This document shows, one piece after another, positions 36,695 through 49,712 of a stretch of 64,000 bases of DNA. The first letter of the stretch is position 1; every line of letters starts with the position of its first letter. The notes under the pieces were generated by a model. That model was not told where the DNA came from and did not search any database. It worked only from the letters and a program-made list of their open reading frames with translations. The translations under genes and the position numbers were made by a program. The stretch is taken from contig NC_086097.1 of NCBI RefSeq assembly GCF_963921235.1, positions 125,304,001 through 125,368,000 of the forward strand. Direction: 5' to 3'. The stretch comes from Mobula hypostoma (taxonomy: Eukaryota).

Positions 36695-39460
36695 TGGTCA
36701 TAAGACCATAAGATATAGAAGCAGGGTTAAGCCATTTGGCCAACTGATCCGCCTCTTCATCATGGCTAATCCAACTTTCCTCTCAGTACCAATCTCCCGC
36801 CTTCTCCCTGTATCAATCCTTGCCCTGACCAATCAAGAATCTGTCAACCTCTGCTCTGAATATACATACGTACTTGACCTCTACAGCTGCCTGTGGCAAG
36901 GAATTCCATAGATTCACTAGGTCACTTGTCTGAGTGCTACTGGTACCATGTAACCCAGTGCTACCTGTCGCATGGTCGAGTGGTCGGCGACTAAACTGGC
37001 TCCCCCACCAGGCTTGCCTGGTGAGGAGGGTGGCTAGACACCCTGCAGGACGAAAAACAAGACCTGTCAAAGGGCAGATGAACCCTCTCGTAGGGTCAAC
37101 GGCCATCTAGCAAACACGTGCCGTGAAGCGCGGAAAGGGCATCCCTTGCGTTGAAGCTTGGTCTGGCCATTCACTGCAACAGAACTTCCCCCAGCCGTCT
37201 TGGACCCCACCATGCTGCTGGATCTGGGAGGGGATGTCGAGAGGGTGGGTCTGGACCTCACTCACCTAAAATCCATTCACGCACACACTGTTCCTTCCTG
37301 AGGAGTGGGGTATCCTCCCCACTAACTGACTGAAAAGAACCATCATCATCCTATGGGATGGATAGCCAGAGAGAGATTCACCGCTCTCTATCTAAAGAGA
37401 TTCCTCCTCATCTTCATTCTAAAAGGACGCTCCTCTATTCTGAGACTGTGTCCTCTGGTCTTAGACTCTCCCATCATAGGAAACAGCCTCTTCACACCCA
37501 CTCTATCAAGGCCTTTCACCATTGGATAGATTTCAATGAGGTCACCACTCATTCCTCTCAATTCTAGTGAGTACAGATCCAGAGCTATTAAACGCTCTTC
37601 ATATGACAAGCTGTTCAATCCAGGAATCATTTTCGTGAACCTCCTTTGAATCCTCTCCAGTTTCAGCACATCCTTTCTAAGATAAGGGACACAAACCTGC
37701 TCAGAATACTCCAAGTGAGGCCTCATTAGTGTTTTCTAAAGTCTCAACATTACATCCCTGCTTTTACATTGTAGTCCTCTTGAAATAATTGATCACATTG
37801 CATTTGCCTTCCTCACCACAGACTCAACCTGGAAATTAACCTATAGGACTCCCAAGTCCTTTTGTGCCTCAAGTTTTTGTATTTTCTCTCCATTTAGAAA
37901 ATAGTCAACCCTTTCATTTCTTCTACGAAAGTGCATGACCATACACTTCCCGACACTGTATTCCATCTGCCATTTCTTTGCCCATTCTCCTAATCTGTCT
38001 AAGTTCTTCTGTAGCCTCCCTACTTCCTCAAAACAGCCTGCCCCTACACCTATCTTCATATCATCTGCAAATCTTGCAACAAAACCATCAATTCCATTAA
38101 CCAAATCATTGTCATATAACGTAAAAAGAACTGGTCCCAACACAGACCCCTATGGAACACCACTACTTACTGGCAGCCAACCAGAAAAGGCTCCCTTTAT
38201 TCCCACTCTTTGCCTCCTGCCAATCAGCCACTGCTTTATCCATGCTAGAATCTTTCCTGCAATACTGTGGGCCTGAGGCTTGTTAAGCAGCCTCGTGTGG
38301 CACCTTGTCAAAGGCCTTCTGAAAATTCAAGTACGCAGCGTCCTCTGTCTATCCTGCTTCTTACTTCTTCAAAGAATTCCAACAGATTTGTCAGACAAGA
38401 ATTTCCCTTGGGGAAACCATGCCGACAACCATTTATTTTATCATGTGCTTCCAAGTACCAGAGACCTCATCGTTAATAATCGACTCCAATATCTTCCCAG
38501 CCACTGAGGCCAAACTAACTGGCCTATAGTTTCTTTTCTTCTGCCTCTCTCCCTTCTTGAAGAGTGAAGTGACATTTGCAAGTTTCCAGTCTTTGAAACC
38601 ATTCTAGAATCTATTACTAATGCCTTCATGATCACTTTAGCCACCTCTTTCAGAACTCTGGGGTGTACACCATCTGGTCCAGGTGACTTATCTACCTTCA
38701 GACCTTTCCGTTTCCCAAGAATGTTCTCTCTAGTAATGGTAACTTCACACATTTCATGACCCCTGACACCTGGAACAGCCACCATACCATTAGTGCCTTC
38801 CACAGTAAAGACTGATGCAAAATACTTATCCAGTTTGCCATTTCCTTGACCCCCATTACTACTTTTTGGGCATTGTTTTCCAGCAGTCCAATATCCACTC
38901 TCACCTCTCTTTTACACTTCATATAACTGAAGAAATTTTTGGTATCCTCATTAATATTATTGGCTAGCTAATTTTCATATTCTATCTTTACCTTAATGAC
39001 TTTTTAGTTACCTTTTGATTGGTTTAGTTGGTTTATAAAAGCTTCCCAATCCTCTAACTTCCCACAATTTTTTTTCTCTATTATACCCCTCTCTTTGGTT
39101 TTTATGTTGACTTTGACTTCTCTTGTTAGCCACGGTTATGTCATCCTTCCTTTTGAATACTTCTTCCTCTTTGGGATATATATATCCTGTGCTTTCCGAA
39201 TTGCTTCCAGAAATTCCAGCCATTGATGCTCTGCCATCATCTCTGCCAGTGTTCTTATCCAATCAATTCTGGCCAACTCCTCTCTCATATGTTGCTGTAT
39301 TCCACTGTAATACTGTACATCCGACTTTAGCTCCTCCTTCTCAAATTTCAGGGTGAATTCAATCATATTATAACCACTTTCCTCTAAGGGTCCTTTTACT
39401 TTAAGTTCTCTAATCAATTCTGGTTTATTGCCCAACACCCAATCCAGAATAGTCCTGCCC
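36695..39460 (-). mobile_element. CR1 LINE, ~2.3 kb plus insert
   Basis: LDWVL.N.PELI, KSPGPDGVHPRVLKE, FADDMKIG and RPHLEY motifs in order. Confidence 0.92.
36918..37373 (+). mobile_element. short non-coding retroposon (RTE-dependent type) with 8 bp TSD, nested in CR1
   Basis: AGATTCAC duplicated at 36910-36917 and 37374-37381; (AG)n tail; the host CR1 resumes exactly. Confidence 0.7.
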
Positions 39461-40639
39461 ATTCATCCTCAAATGGCAATTTTCATTTCAGTGTTGCTTT
39501 CTACGGAAATAGCAGCCTTCCGTTAGCCTTGCCTTTCCAAGGTGCAAAGGGGATTGGGAGTCCTTCTGCAGGATTCCCTGAAGGTTAACTTGCATGTGGT
39601 GAGGAAGGCAAGTGCATTTTAGCATCCATTTTGAGAGGACCAAAATGTAAAAGCAAGCTTTGTAAGGCTTTGGTCGGACTGCACCTGAGGTATTGTGAGC
39701 AGATTTAGGCCCCTTATCTAAGAAAGGGTGTGCTAACATTGGAGAGGGTCCAGAGGAGGTTCACATGAATGATCCCAGGAATGAAAAGGTTAATGTATGA
39801 GGTGTGTTTCTGAGCCAGTCTCCCATTTATGATGAAACAATGTGTTGGCTCCACCTATTGTTATTTTCCAGAATTACACATGTCAAAGTGCCTAATTCTC
39901 CTGTGTTAGTTGATGCTCTAAATTTTCCTCATTTCCGTACTATGAGCTCTTCATAATGTGTGTTGACGAAGAAAACTCTCCCAGAAATCCCTGACAGTTA
40001 ATGGGCATTATTTTTAGGCTCGGCAATATCATGAAAGTTATTATCTGGGTCTATTTTGTTTCTATCTTACTTGCATATGACTTCTCCTGATGTTAAACAC
40101 TGAGGTGGGATTTTGGCTCAGTTAGTACAGAAATAGCCTAAGTACCTTCTTAAAGATTAACTTGGTACTTCGAAATATACAGTGAAATGCATCATTTGCA
40201 TCAAATCAAAACAAATCAGTGCGGATGTGCTGGGGACAGCCCTCAATGTCGTCATATTTCTGGCACCAAAATAGCATGGCCATGACTCCTTAACCCTAAC
40301 CCCGACATCTTTGCAACGTGAGAGGAAACCAGAGCACCCAGAGGAAACCCACGTGTTAACAAGGAGAATGTACAAACTCCTTACAGCAATGGGAATTGGA
40401 CTCTGAACCTACAGCTAGCACTACAAAGTGATGTGCTAGTCGTCGTGCTATCGTGTGTTTTTCTGTCCAATAAGTTAATCCAGCCATGATTTTGGTCAGC
40501 TGTCAGTGTAGGGGTGGGGAGTTGGGGAGGGCGGTGGGAGGGGTGGTGAAGAGAGAGGGTTGGAGGAAAGAGTGTTGCTTAGGAATACAGTTTCAGCAGC
40601 CAGCCAAGGTTGAGAAGTATTTTCCAGTCTTCCTTCATT

Positions 40640-41262
40640 GATGACATGAGAAACCACTCTGAGGTTGAAGTTGAAAGTCGTGTCTAGTGTTGTCAGAATT
40701 TCTTTAGGAATTGGCGGTCGCTGGAAGATTACTTCATCCATGTCGAGCAGCAGTACGATCACTCTATTCGAGTTTGATTTTCTTCTAAAGGGTTAACTCT
40801 TGGTGCGTCTTCAGGTGGCTGTAGAGGCTGATCCAGGATTCACATGTTCTGCCAGACTTCACAATGCTCTCCCCTTTGCCATTTGCTGATCACCACTAGA
40901 CTTAATCTGGAATGTTAGGGTGGATTTCCTCAATGGAGAATTCCTGTGCATGACTTTGTTTAACATGGGGAGGCTGATGTGCAGGTAGCCACCCACAGTC
41001 CTTGACAGGTCGGGGTCTGGATTCAGTGGAATTGGGCTGCAGCCTTCCTTCATCTTCACTGCCATTGTGACGTTCGTCATCTTCTGCCATTGAGATCCTG
41101 GTGGGATCGCTCTTTGTGTAGAACCTCCCCCTCGTCCTCGCTGCCATAAATGACCCCACCAGGAGCTGGGTGCCAGATGGCTGAACTCCAGACAGCATCA
41201 CTCTTGAGATCTCAGAGCTCACAAGCCTCTCCATCACGACAAGGTGACAATTCTCGGAGAAG
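40640..41262 (-). mobile_element. probable RTE-related non-autonomous element
   Basis: GC-rich segment resembling the 5' untranslated ends of RTE elements; no decisive protein motif. Confidence 0.45.
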
Positions 41263-41812
41263 GGTTATCCATGTCTACATTTAGGTAGACAGTGTCCACG
41301 GTCAGTTTGGGGAGCAGCCCATCTGCCCCTGGAAGGAGGCAGTAGAGTGATGTCTTCCCTCGGACTGACCGTGGGGAGATCTCTCTGTAGACTCCATAAT
41401 TATGTTTAGCTGAAGGTGGCCTTGATCACGGACACCTGTTGAGGGTCCCTCAGCATTTTCCCCTCTTCCCAAGTGAGGGATAGGCCTGTGAATTTGCAGC
41501 TGCCAATTTTTGGAATTTGAACAGGGATAGAGTCTGCACCCAAGGCATTGTGTGCGTATTGTCATTCTGACGGCTTATGTTTGTTTCATGATGATACGCA
41601 AGCACTGATATGACCCAGAAGGTTCAGAACAGAGCTGATCTTTGTGTGGATGGGAGTCAGGCAGGATGTGTATAGCCAAAACACTTTACTCTATCTTGCT
41701 CCCTGCAGTGCAGCTCCTCATTTCCAATCCATTCCCAGCTGGAGTACAGATAGTTGGTAGGGCCAGGTGAGAAACTGCTTAACAGACACCCAGTGACCAC
41801 TTTATTGGGGTA

Positions 41813-42843
41813 CAGTACTGTGCAAAAGTCTTAGGCATTTATATATATATAACCTAAGCTATTTGCACAGTACAGTAGTAATTTATGTATTGCTTTGTAC
41901 TGCTGCCACAAAAAAAAAATCATGATACTCAAACAAGGTTGAAAGAGAGCAGAGTAAATTTACAAGGATGTTGCCAGGTCTGGAGGACCTGAGTTATAAG
42001 GAAAGATTGAATAAGTTAGGACTGTATTCCTTAGAATGTAGCAGATTGAGGGGAGATTTGATAGAGGTATACACAATTACGAGGGGTATAGACAGGGTCA
42101 GTGCAAGAAGGCTTTTTCCACTGTGGGACTACAACCAGAGGTCATGGGTTAAGGGTGAGAAATTTAAGAGGAACATGAAGGGAAACTTCTTCACTCAGAG
42201 GGTTGTGAGTGTGGAACTAGCTGCCAGTGCAAGTGGTTCATGCAAGCTTGATTTCAACCTTTGAGAGAAGTTTTGATGTGCACATGTCTGTTAGGGATAT
42301 GGAGGGCTATGGTCCCAGTGCAGGTTGATGGAATTAGGCAGTTTAAATGGTTTCAGCATGGACTAAGTGGGCCAAAGGGCCTGTTTCTGTGCTGTTCTTC
42401 TCTATGACTCTATATGTGAGTGATGATAAACCTGATTCTGATATCTGCAACATATATCAAAGTTGCTGGTGAATATCTGCCTCTGTTGTGAGTTGAAAGT
42501 GGGAAAGGGGCAGGGAGAGTGGAATCATGGTTGGGAAAAGGGAAGGGAGAGGGAAGCACCAGAGAGACATTCTGTAATGATCGATAAACCAATTGATTGG
42601 AATCAAATGACTTTGCCTGCTGTTTCAGGGCTGAATGAGTCAACACCCATGCCACCCCCAAGCCCTGGCATTCTCTCTCTGCCACCTGTCCCACACACCT
42701 CCTGAGGCACTCCACCCTCTCCATTCCCAACATCGCCAGATTTACAAACTCACTGTTCGATCCACGTTGACAAATACAGTACTGTGTAAGCGTCTTAGGC
42801 ACCAAAGCTACATATATGTGCCTAATACTTTTGCACAGAACTG
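41813..42843. mobile_element. composite Tc1/mariner-type element, family B, with a nested CR1 fragment (~41925-42410 +)
   Basis: TIR CAGTACTGTGCAAAAGTCTTAGGCA at both ends, TA duplicated at 41811-41812 and 42844-42845. Confidence 0.8.
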
Positions 42844-44983
42844 TACCTCCTGTACCTAATTAAGTGACCACTGCCTGTATAGTTGTGATCTTCTGTGGCC
42901 GTAGCCCATCCACTTCAAGATTCAAAGTGTTGTGCGTTCAGAGATGCTCTTCTGCACACCACTGTTGTTACACATGGTTATTTGAGTTATTGTCACCTTC
43001 CTGTCAGCTTGAACCAATCTGACCATTTTCCTTTGACCTCTCTCATTAAAAAGACGTTTTCACCAATGGAACTGCCGTTTACTGGATGCTTTTTTTGCTT
43101 TTCGCACCATTCTCTGTTAAACTCTGAGACTGTTGTACATGAAAATCCCAGTTTTTGAGATCCTCAAACCACCCCACCTTGCACCAACAATCATGCCGTC
43201 ATCCTAGTCACTTAGATCACATTTCTTCCCCTTTCTGAAGTTTGATCTGAAAAACAGCTGAACCTCTTGACCATGTCTGCATGCTTTTATGCATTGAGCT
43301 GCTGCCACGTAATTGGCTGATTAGATATTTGCATTAACAAGCAGGTATACAGGTGTGCCTAATAAAATGCTGCTGACAGTATCTCAGCTCCACTCCAGGT
43401 ACAAAATCACCCCAACAGTTATCAGCCTGCTGTATGTAGACAATGTCTGCTCATATGTACAGTGCACTTGGAAGCCAAGATCTAGGTCATCACTGAGTTG
43501 TTCACTGAAATATACATCCCTGCTTTCTCCTTATATATCCAAAGCAGAGATCCTCTACTGACCCTCCTCCACCATACAACGCTACCAACAAAATTACAGC
43601 AACCCCATGTTTCATTAGGAGATTTGGTATGTCACGAAAGACTTTAGCAAATCTGTACTGGTGTATAGTGGAGGGCATTCTGACTGGTTGCATCACCCTC
43701 TGGTATGGAGGGGCCACTGTACAGGATCAGACAATGCTGCAGAGCGTTGTAGACTGTCAGCTCTACCATGCCGCCAGCATCTTCAGCATCGAGGCATCTT
43801 TAAAGGGCGATGCCTCAAGAAGGCAGCATCCATCATCAAGGATCACCACCACCCATGATGTGTCCTCTCCTCATTACTGCCATCAGAGAGGAGGTACAGG
43901 GACGTGAAGACATCCATTCATTGTTACAGGAACAGCTTCTTCCCCTCTGCCATTATATTTCCGAATGGTCAATGAACCCACAAAGACTACCTCACTATTT
44001 TTGCTCTCTTTTTGTACTAATTTAATTATTTTACTATTTATGTCTTACACTGTAATTTTGCCACATTGCAAGAAGTTTCATGACATCTGTCAGCAATGAT
44101 AAACCTGATTTCTGATTTTGATTTTCGTTCTCATTCCCATAACCTCTGGGGTCTCAGGCTGCACAACACGTTCTATACCTGGCAGAGGTTATTGAAGGAA
44201 AGCTAGAATGGCAGTTCTTATGGTTTTCCTTTACTGTTTCTATTCCACAGGTGATCAAATCCATTGACAACTTTTCATTGTGGGAGTTGTAGTAAATGCC
44301 CTTGGGTTGATTTGTCCACTGTCACACCACCACACCGCAGTTCAAAGTGCAAAATAGATTTATTATCGAAGTACACAGCCTTGAGATTTTATTTTGTTGT
44401 AGGTATTTACAGGAAAACATAGAAATGCAACAAAATTTATGAAAAAGTACACACAAAGACTGACAAAGAGCCAATGTGTAAAAGAAAACAGACTGAGCAA
44501 ATAAAAATAAATAAGTAAATAGCATTGAGAATGCGAGTTGTAGAATCCTTGAAAGTGAGTCTGTAGGTTGAGGTGAGTGAAGTTATCCACACTGGTTCAG
44601 GAGCCTGATGGTTGAGGGGTAATAACTGTCCCTGAACTTGGTAGTGTGGCACCTAAGGACCTGTACCTCCTGCCCAATGACGGCAGTAAGAAGAGAGTCT
44701 GGGTGGTGGGGGTCCTCGATAATGGATGCTGCTTTCCTGTGGCAGCGCTCTTTGTAGGTGTGCTCAACAGTGAGGAGGTATACGTGTCCCTTAATCCCTT
44801 TTACACGTTCTGTTTTCCCTGCATTCTCGTATTTCAGGTGACCAGTTATTGACAGAACTACATGAACTTTCATTGGTTTTACTAGCCTCTTGATTTCCAT
44901 GTAGATTTCGCTTGTAAATCTGATAGTACGACTGCTGTAACCTAGAATATTATTTTTATTTTTATTCCTGTTCTTATCCGAAG

Positions 44984-45071
44984 GGAGCTGAAAGGAAAAT
45001 CCGGGATGAAGAACGGAAACAGAACCGAAAGAAAGGAAAAGGTTCAGGGGCCTCAAATCAAGTAAATCCCA
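44984..45071 (+). CDS. grhl2: grhl2 exon GAERKIRDEERKQNRKKGKGSGASNQVNP
   Basis: T-rich tract with AAG acceptor, GTAAGC donor, 88 nt. GAERK continues the CDK-GAERK motif in frame. Confidence 0.96.
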
Positions 45072-45187
45072 GTAAGCAGTTTCAGTAAACTCACAATTAT
45101 ATAAGTATTGATTTGAAAGGGAAGTATTTCCTCCTGAGTGGACTTACTGTCAGATATTAGGTAATGCATACCTTCCCTGGTTTTCAG

Positions 45188-45327
45188 GTTCAGAAGCCAA
45201 ACTGAACACTGCAGCCATGCAGAAGCGAGGTGACGCGACTTCCTTCAAAACGGTGACCGACCTGGATGCTCAGCCAGTCCTCTTTATTCCAGATATCCAC
45301 TTTGGGAACCTCCAGAGGAGTGGACAG
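45188..45327 (+). CDS. grhl2: grhl2 exon (S)[46 protein letters not shown]
   Basis: TTTTCAG acceptor, CAG/GTACGA donor, 140 nt, frame-compatible. Contains the [14 protein letters not shown] motif. Confidence 0.94.
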
Positions 45328-47759
45328 GTACGAACGCTGCTCCTGCCATGTCCCAGCAAGAGCCCTTCAGTCAGTAGAGCAACATTAATATTTACACCTT
45401 GGCTTTGTATGTTTCCATTACCACTTGGCTTTCCCTTGTCTGTTTGGGGTGTAGATGACCGGCTTGTAATGTAAGACAGATTCACAAAGATTAAAGATCA
45501 GCTTTGTTTGTCACATGCACATCAAAGCAGTGAAACGTGTCGTGGTGCCTTAACGACCAGCACTGTCTAGGGTGCAGCCACGCTTCTGGTACCGATATAG
45601 TTGCCCAAGTCTCACTAACTCATTAGAACGTGGAAGGAAAGCGGAGCACCCGGAGGAAGCAGCTGCCGGTCAGGGGTGAACATACAAACTCCTTACGTAC
45701 AGCCGCGGGAATAGAATCCCCATCAGTGATCTTTGGCACTGTAAATCGATTGCGCTAACAGCTATGCTACTGTGCCATGACAATGAATAGATTAGTTTAT
45801 TATCAGTTACATCAGGGTGCAAAGAATTATTTACATGAAGCTCTCAGAGTAAACAGTGCATGTGCTAAATCGAGGTCAAAGTAAGTTTAAATACAGGGAT
45901 GAGCACAAAACTGCAAAATGGTGCAAAGATTTTGTGCAGTCTGAAATGGTGCAAAAAGAAATGCTCAAGTGACAATAATAGAATAACTGTGAGAGTTCTC
46001 GTTAAGTGTATGAGAAAGTGGCAGCACCCCCAGAGGGGAGTGTGAAAACGTTAATGGTTCAGTAGTGGGGAAGGAGTCAATTCAGCCCATTGAGTTCATA
46101 CCAGCTTCTCATTCAGCTCTTGCAATCTCCTAGCTTGTAAGTCATGTCTCTTATTTATATATTTATATTTCCTTAAAAAGAGGTAAGGAATACCTCTTAT
46201 TTCTTTAACACAGGAGGTTCTGCAAATGCTGGAAATTCAGAGCCACGCACATAAAATGCTGAAAGAACTCAGCAGGTCAGGCAGCATCAACCAAGGGGAA
46301 TAAGCAGTCAACACTTCAGGCTGGGACCCTTCATCAGGACTGGAAAGGAATGAGGAAGAAGCCAGAATAAGAAGGTGATGGGTGGATGAGGTGAACTGCT
46401 GAAGCAGGGAACTGATAGGAGAGAAGAGTGAACCATGGGAGAGGGAAAGATGAGGGGCATCAGAGGGAGGTGATAGGCAGGTGAGGAGAAGGGGTAAGAG
46501 GGAAGCCAGGATGGGGAATGGAAAAGGAGAGAAGGGGAAGGAAGAGAATTACTAGAAGTTAGAGAAAGCTTATTTCCTTGCAGCCAAGCAGCTTCTCTCT
46601 TACGACATGCCTATCAATTGCTTTGCCACTTGCCCACACTAGTTGCCAATTAACTTCCCAACTTGGGATGTGGGAGGAAGACATTGCATCTCAGGGAAAC
46701 CCAAGTATTCATGGGAAGAACGTGCAACCTCCACACAGACACCTGAGGTCAGGATTAAACCTGTTCATAAAGCTGTGAGACATCAGCTCTGCCTACTGTG
46801 CCAGGGTATCAAAGCTTGAGTTAAGTGTTCAGCATGAACTAGATGGGATGAAGGGCCGGTTTATGTGCTGTAATGCTTTATGATTAGTTCTCTCAGAAAT
46901 TGGTCAGTATAATACTCAAAGGGTTCTGCAGGTACTGGAAATCTGGAGGACACACACACACAGTACTGGAGGCGCCCAGCAGCTGAGGCAGCGTCAAAGC
47001 AGGAGAATAAACTACCAACATTTCGGGCCGAGACCCATTATCAAGACCCATGAATCATGTTGAAGGGTCTTGGCTGAAACATCAACTGTTCATACCCCTC
47101 TATAGATGCTGCGTGACCTGCAGAGATCCTTCAGCATTCTGTGTGTGTTCTTCCAGGTGAGAGAACAGTTTGCAGAAATGATCCCCTCAAATAGATCATA
47201 ATCACAGACAAAGACAGAATTAGAAATAATGAATGCCGAGGTTTCAAAAATGGTTTGCATTTTTTGGGTCTTCGTGTACCTTTCCCTATCTGAGCTGTTG
47301 TCAGTGGTACATATGGCACGGTAGCGTGGCGTTTAACCCAACACTTTACAGCACCAGCTGTAAGATTGGGGTTCAAATCCTCCTGCTGTCTGTAAAGAGC
47401 TTGTACATTCTCCCAGTGACTGCGTGAGTTTCTTCTGGGTGCTCCGAGTTCCTCCCATTTTTCAAAGACGTACAGTTAGGGTTCATGAATTGTGGGCATG
47501 CTATGTTGGTGCACTTGCAGGCTGCCCAGCACGGTCCTCGCTGATTTGATTTGACGCAAATGATGCATTTCGCTGTACATTTCAATGATTTGATGTTAGA
47601 AAGCTAACCTTGCATGTGATAAATAAAGATAATCTTTAATTCATCTCCATGATTTAAAATGCAAAAGCCACAAATGTGTATATTTTGGACTAAAATGTAC
47701 GAATGTTCCTCTTAATTGATTGTGATCAATATCTGACAACCTGCCATTTGGTTTTATAG

Positions 47760-47797
47760 ATGTATAGTGTCAGCACAGACGACATGGAGAGGGAAGG
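47760..47797 (+). CDS. grhl2: grhl2 small exon MYSVSTDDMERE(G)
   Basis: TTTTATAG acceptor, GG/GTAAGA donor, 38 nt. Required to keep frame between its neighbours; resembles the GRHL2 TDDEREG segment. Confidence 0.88.
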
Positions 47798-48405
47798 GTA
47801 AGAATTCTGTTTTTTTTTGTTTTTGTTTTTGGTCTGGGAGGAGGGTGATAGTGCTGAACAGTATATTCTTGGCTGGATTATTGCAAGGGGGCTCAGTGTT
47901 GCATCTTCAGGGTTCAAGGGCCATGACTATCTTAGCAGTATGTAGTAACAGATATCTGCATCCACAGATCTCTCAAACTAAGTTGATAGGGTTGTTAAGA
48001 ACTCATTTGGTGTATTGGCCTTCATTAGTCGGGGTATTGAGTTCAAGACCCACGAAGTGGGTCTTTGAGATGCAGCTCTATAAACCCTGGCTAGACCATA
48101 TGGAATATTATGTTCAGTTCTGGTCACTTTATTATAGGAATGATGTGGAAGCTTTAGAGAAGGTGCACAGGAGATTAGCCAGGATGCTGTCTGGATCTTT
48201 AAATAAACCTTAAGGCCATCAAGTAGACCTTATAACCTAAGATCTAAGATCTATCTAACCCTTTCTTACTACATATCCTTCCATTTTTCTATCATCCACA
48301 TGCCTTTCTAAGAGTTTCTTAAATATCCCTAATGTATCTACCTCTTCCTCACAGTGTGTTCAATGCATCCACCTCTCTGTGTAAAAAAAATGCTTACCTC
48401 TGATA

Positions 48406-49191
48406 CAATATTCCCTCTAATTTGTAACGCCCAGTATGTGCAAAAATCTTGTGTTGTGAAATTTTTTGCCCAGTGACAACAACATGTGCGCACTGAATTT
48501 TATATATAGAGGTATTAATCTTAGCAGCTAGCAAAACACAGTCAATGAGAACTTTGATGTCCTCTGGGTTTAATCGTTTTTGCTCTTGTTCATCTGCACT
48601 CTCACAAAACAGGCCTGTAGCGGGTAATGAAGGATTTTCTTGCTGGAGCTTTTTCACACCATCCATATGCGATTTGCTTGCTAAATGACACTTTAAAAAA
48701 GTAACTTTCCAAATATCACTCCACTTCTTCCCACTTACAAATTCTCCAGCAACTTTTGCATGGTGACAATACACGCAGGTAACACCAGTTTCTGTATTGT
48801 ACATGAATATTTCTTGTAGATGCACATTCCTGACTTCATGAGCTTTTGATGTAGGAGTTTCTGTTGCTTTATGAAGTCATTCCGTTTTAAATGAACTAGC
48901 AGTTCTTCTGCACTTCATGCCCTTTGCTTCTTTGGAATTCGACACAGTGAATCAATAATTTCTTCAATAAAAACAGTATAAATAAGCTGGTTCTAAAATC
49001 TGCAGACAAACAATCACAAACTCCATGTTGTCAGCACCGTCCACAACAGAAACTGAAAAAGGAAACATGATTGTGTATGATCATGAAATATACTTAACAA
49101 GTCAGCAAGTTAGAGGGTGACAACCTTTTGTGCACAGTTTAAATTCCTTTGTGCACTTGTAGCACATGCACACACCTTAATAGGAACATTG
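48406..49191 (-). mobile_element. hAT-superfamily internally deleted transposon with zinc-finger remnant
   Basis: Perfect 8 bp TSD CTCTGATA (48398-48405 and 49192-49199); imperfect TIR CAATATTCCCTCTAA / TTAATAGGAACATTG; ORF has C.YC…F..G…LK.H..S.SH. Confidence 0.88.
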
Positions 49192-49336
49192 CTCTGATAT
49201 CCCCATTATACTTTCCTCCAATAACCTTAAAATTATGCCCCCTTTTATTAACTATTTCCAAACTGGGAAAAACTGTCTGGCTATCCCCTCAATATGTTAT
49301 TATCTTGGCCATTTCTATCACACCCCTCATGCTCCT

Positions 49337-49712
49337 CCATCATCATCGTTATGTGCTGTGTTGTATGGTGTGGGCAATCATGGTCTGAGACCATGGTTGT
49401 CCTTGGCAAATTTTTTCTACAGACTGGTTTGGCATTGTCATCTTCTGGACAGTATCTTTACAAGACGGGTGAACCCAGCCATTATCAACACTCTTCAGAG
49501 ATTATCTGCCTGACATAAGTGGTCACTTAACTAGGACTTGTAATAATGCACCAGCTGCTCAAATGACCATCTACCACATGTTCCCATGGCTTCACGTGAC
49601 CCTGATCGAGGGGGGCTAAGCAGGTGCTACACCTTGCCCATGGGTGACCTGCAGGCTAGCGGAGACAAGGAGCCCCTTACACCTCCTGTGGTAGAGACGT
49701 ATCTCCACCCAG
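49337..49712 (-). mobile_element. short non-coding retroposon with (ATG)n tail, nested in CR1
   Basis: CATCATCATC at its left end; near-duplicated flank CATGCTCCT / CATCCTCCT; host CR1 resumes after it. Confidence 0.6.

Noticed and set aside
44583..45056. 157 aa minus-strand ORF overlapping a grhl2 exon
   Set aside because: It is a chance read-through joining antisense exon sequence, intron and a Rex1 fragment.
45217..45474. 85 aa ORF as a standalone gene
   Set aside because: It is the 45188-45327 grhl2 exon read on into the intron.
47767..48213. 148 aa ORF
   Set aside because: It is out of frame with the small exon and ends in CR1-derived sequence.
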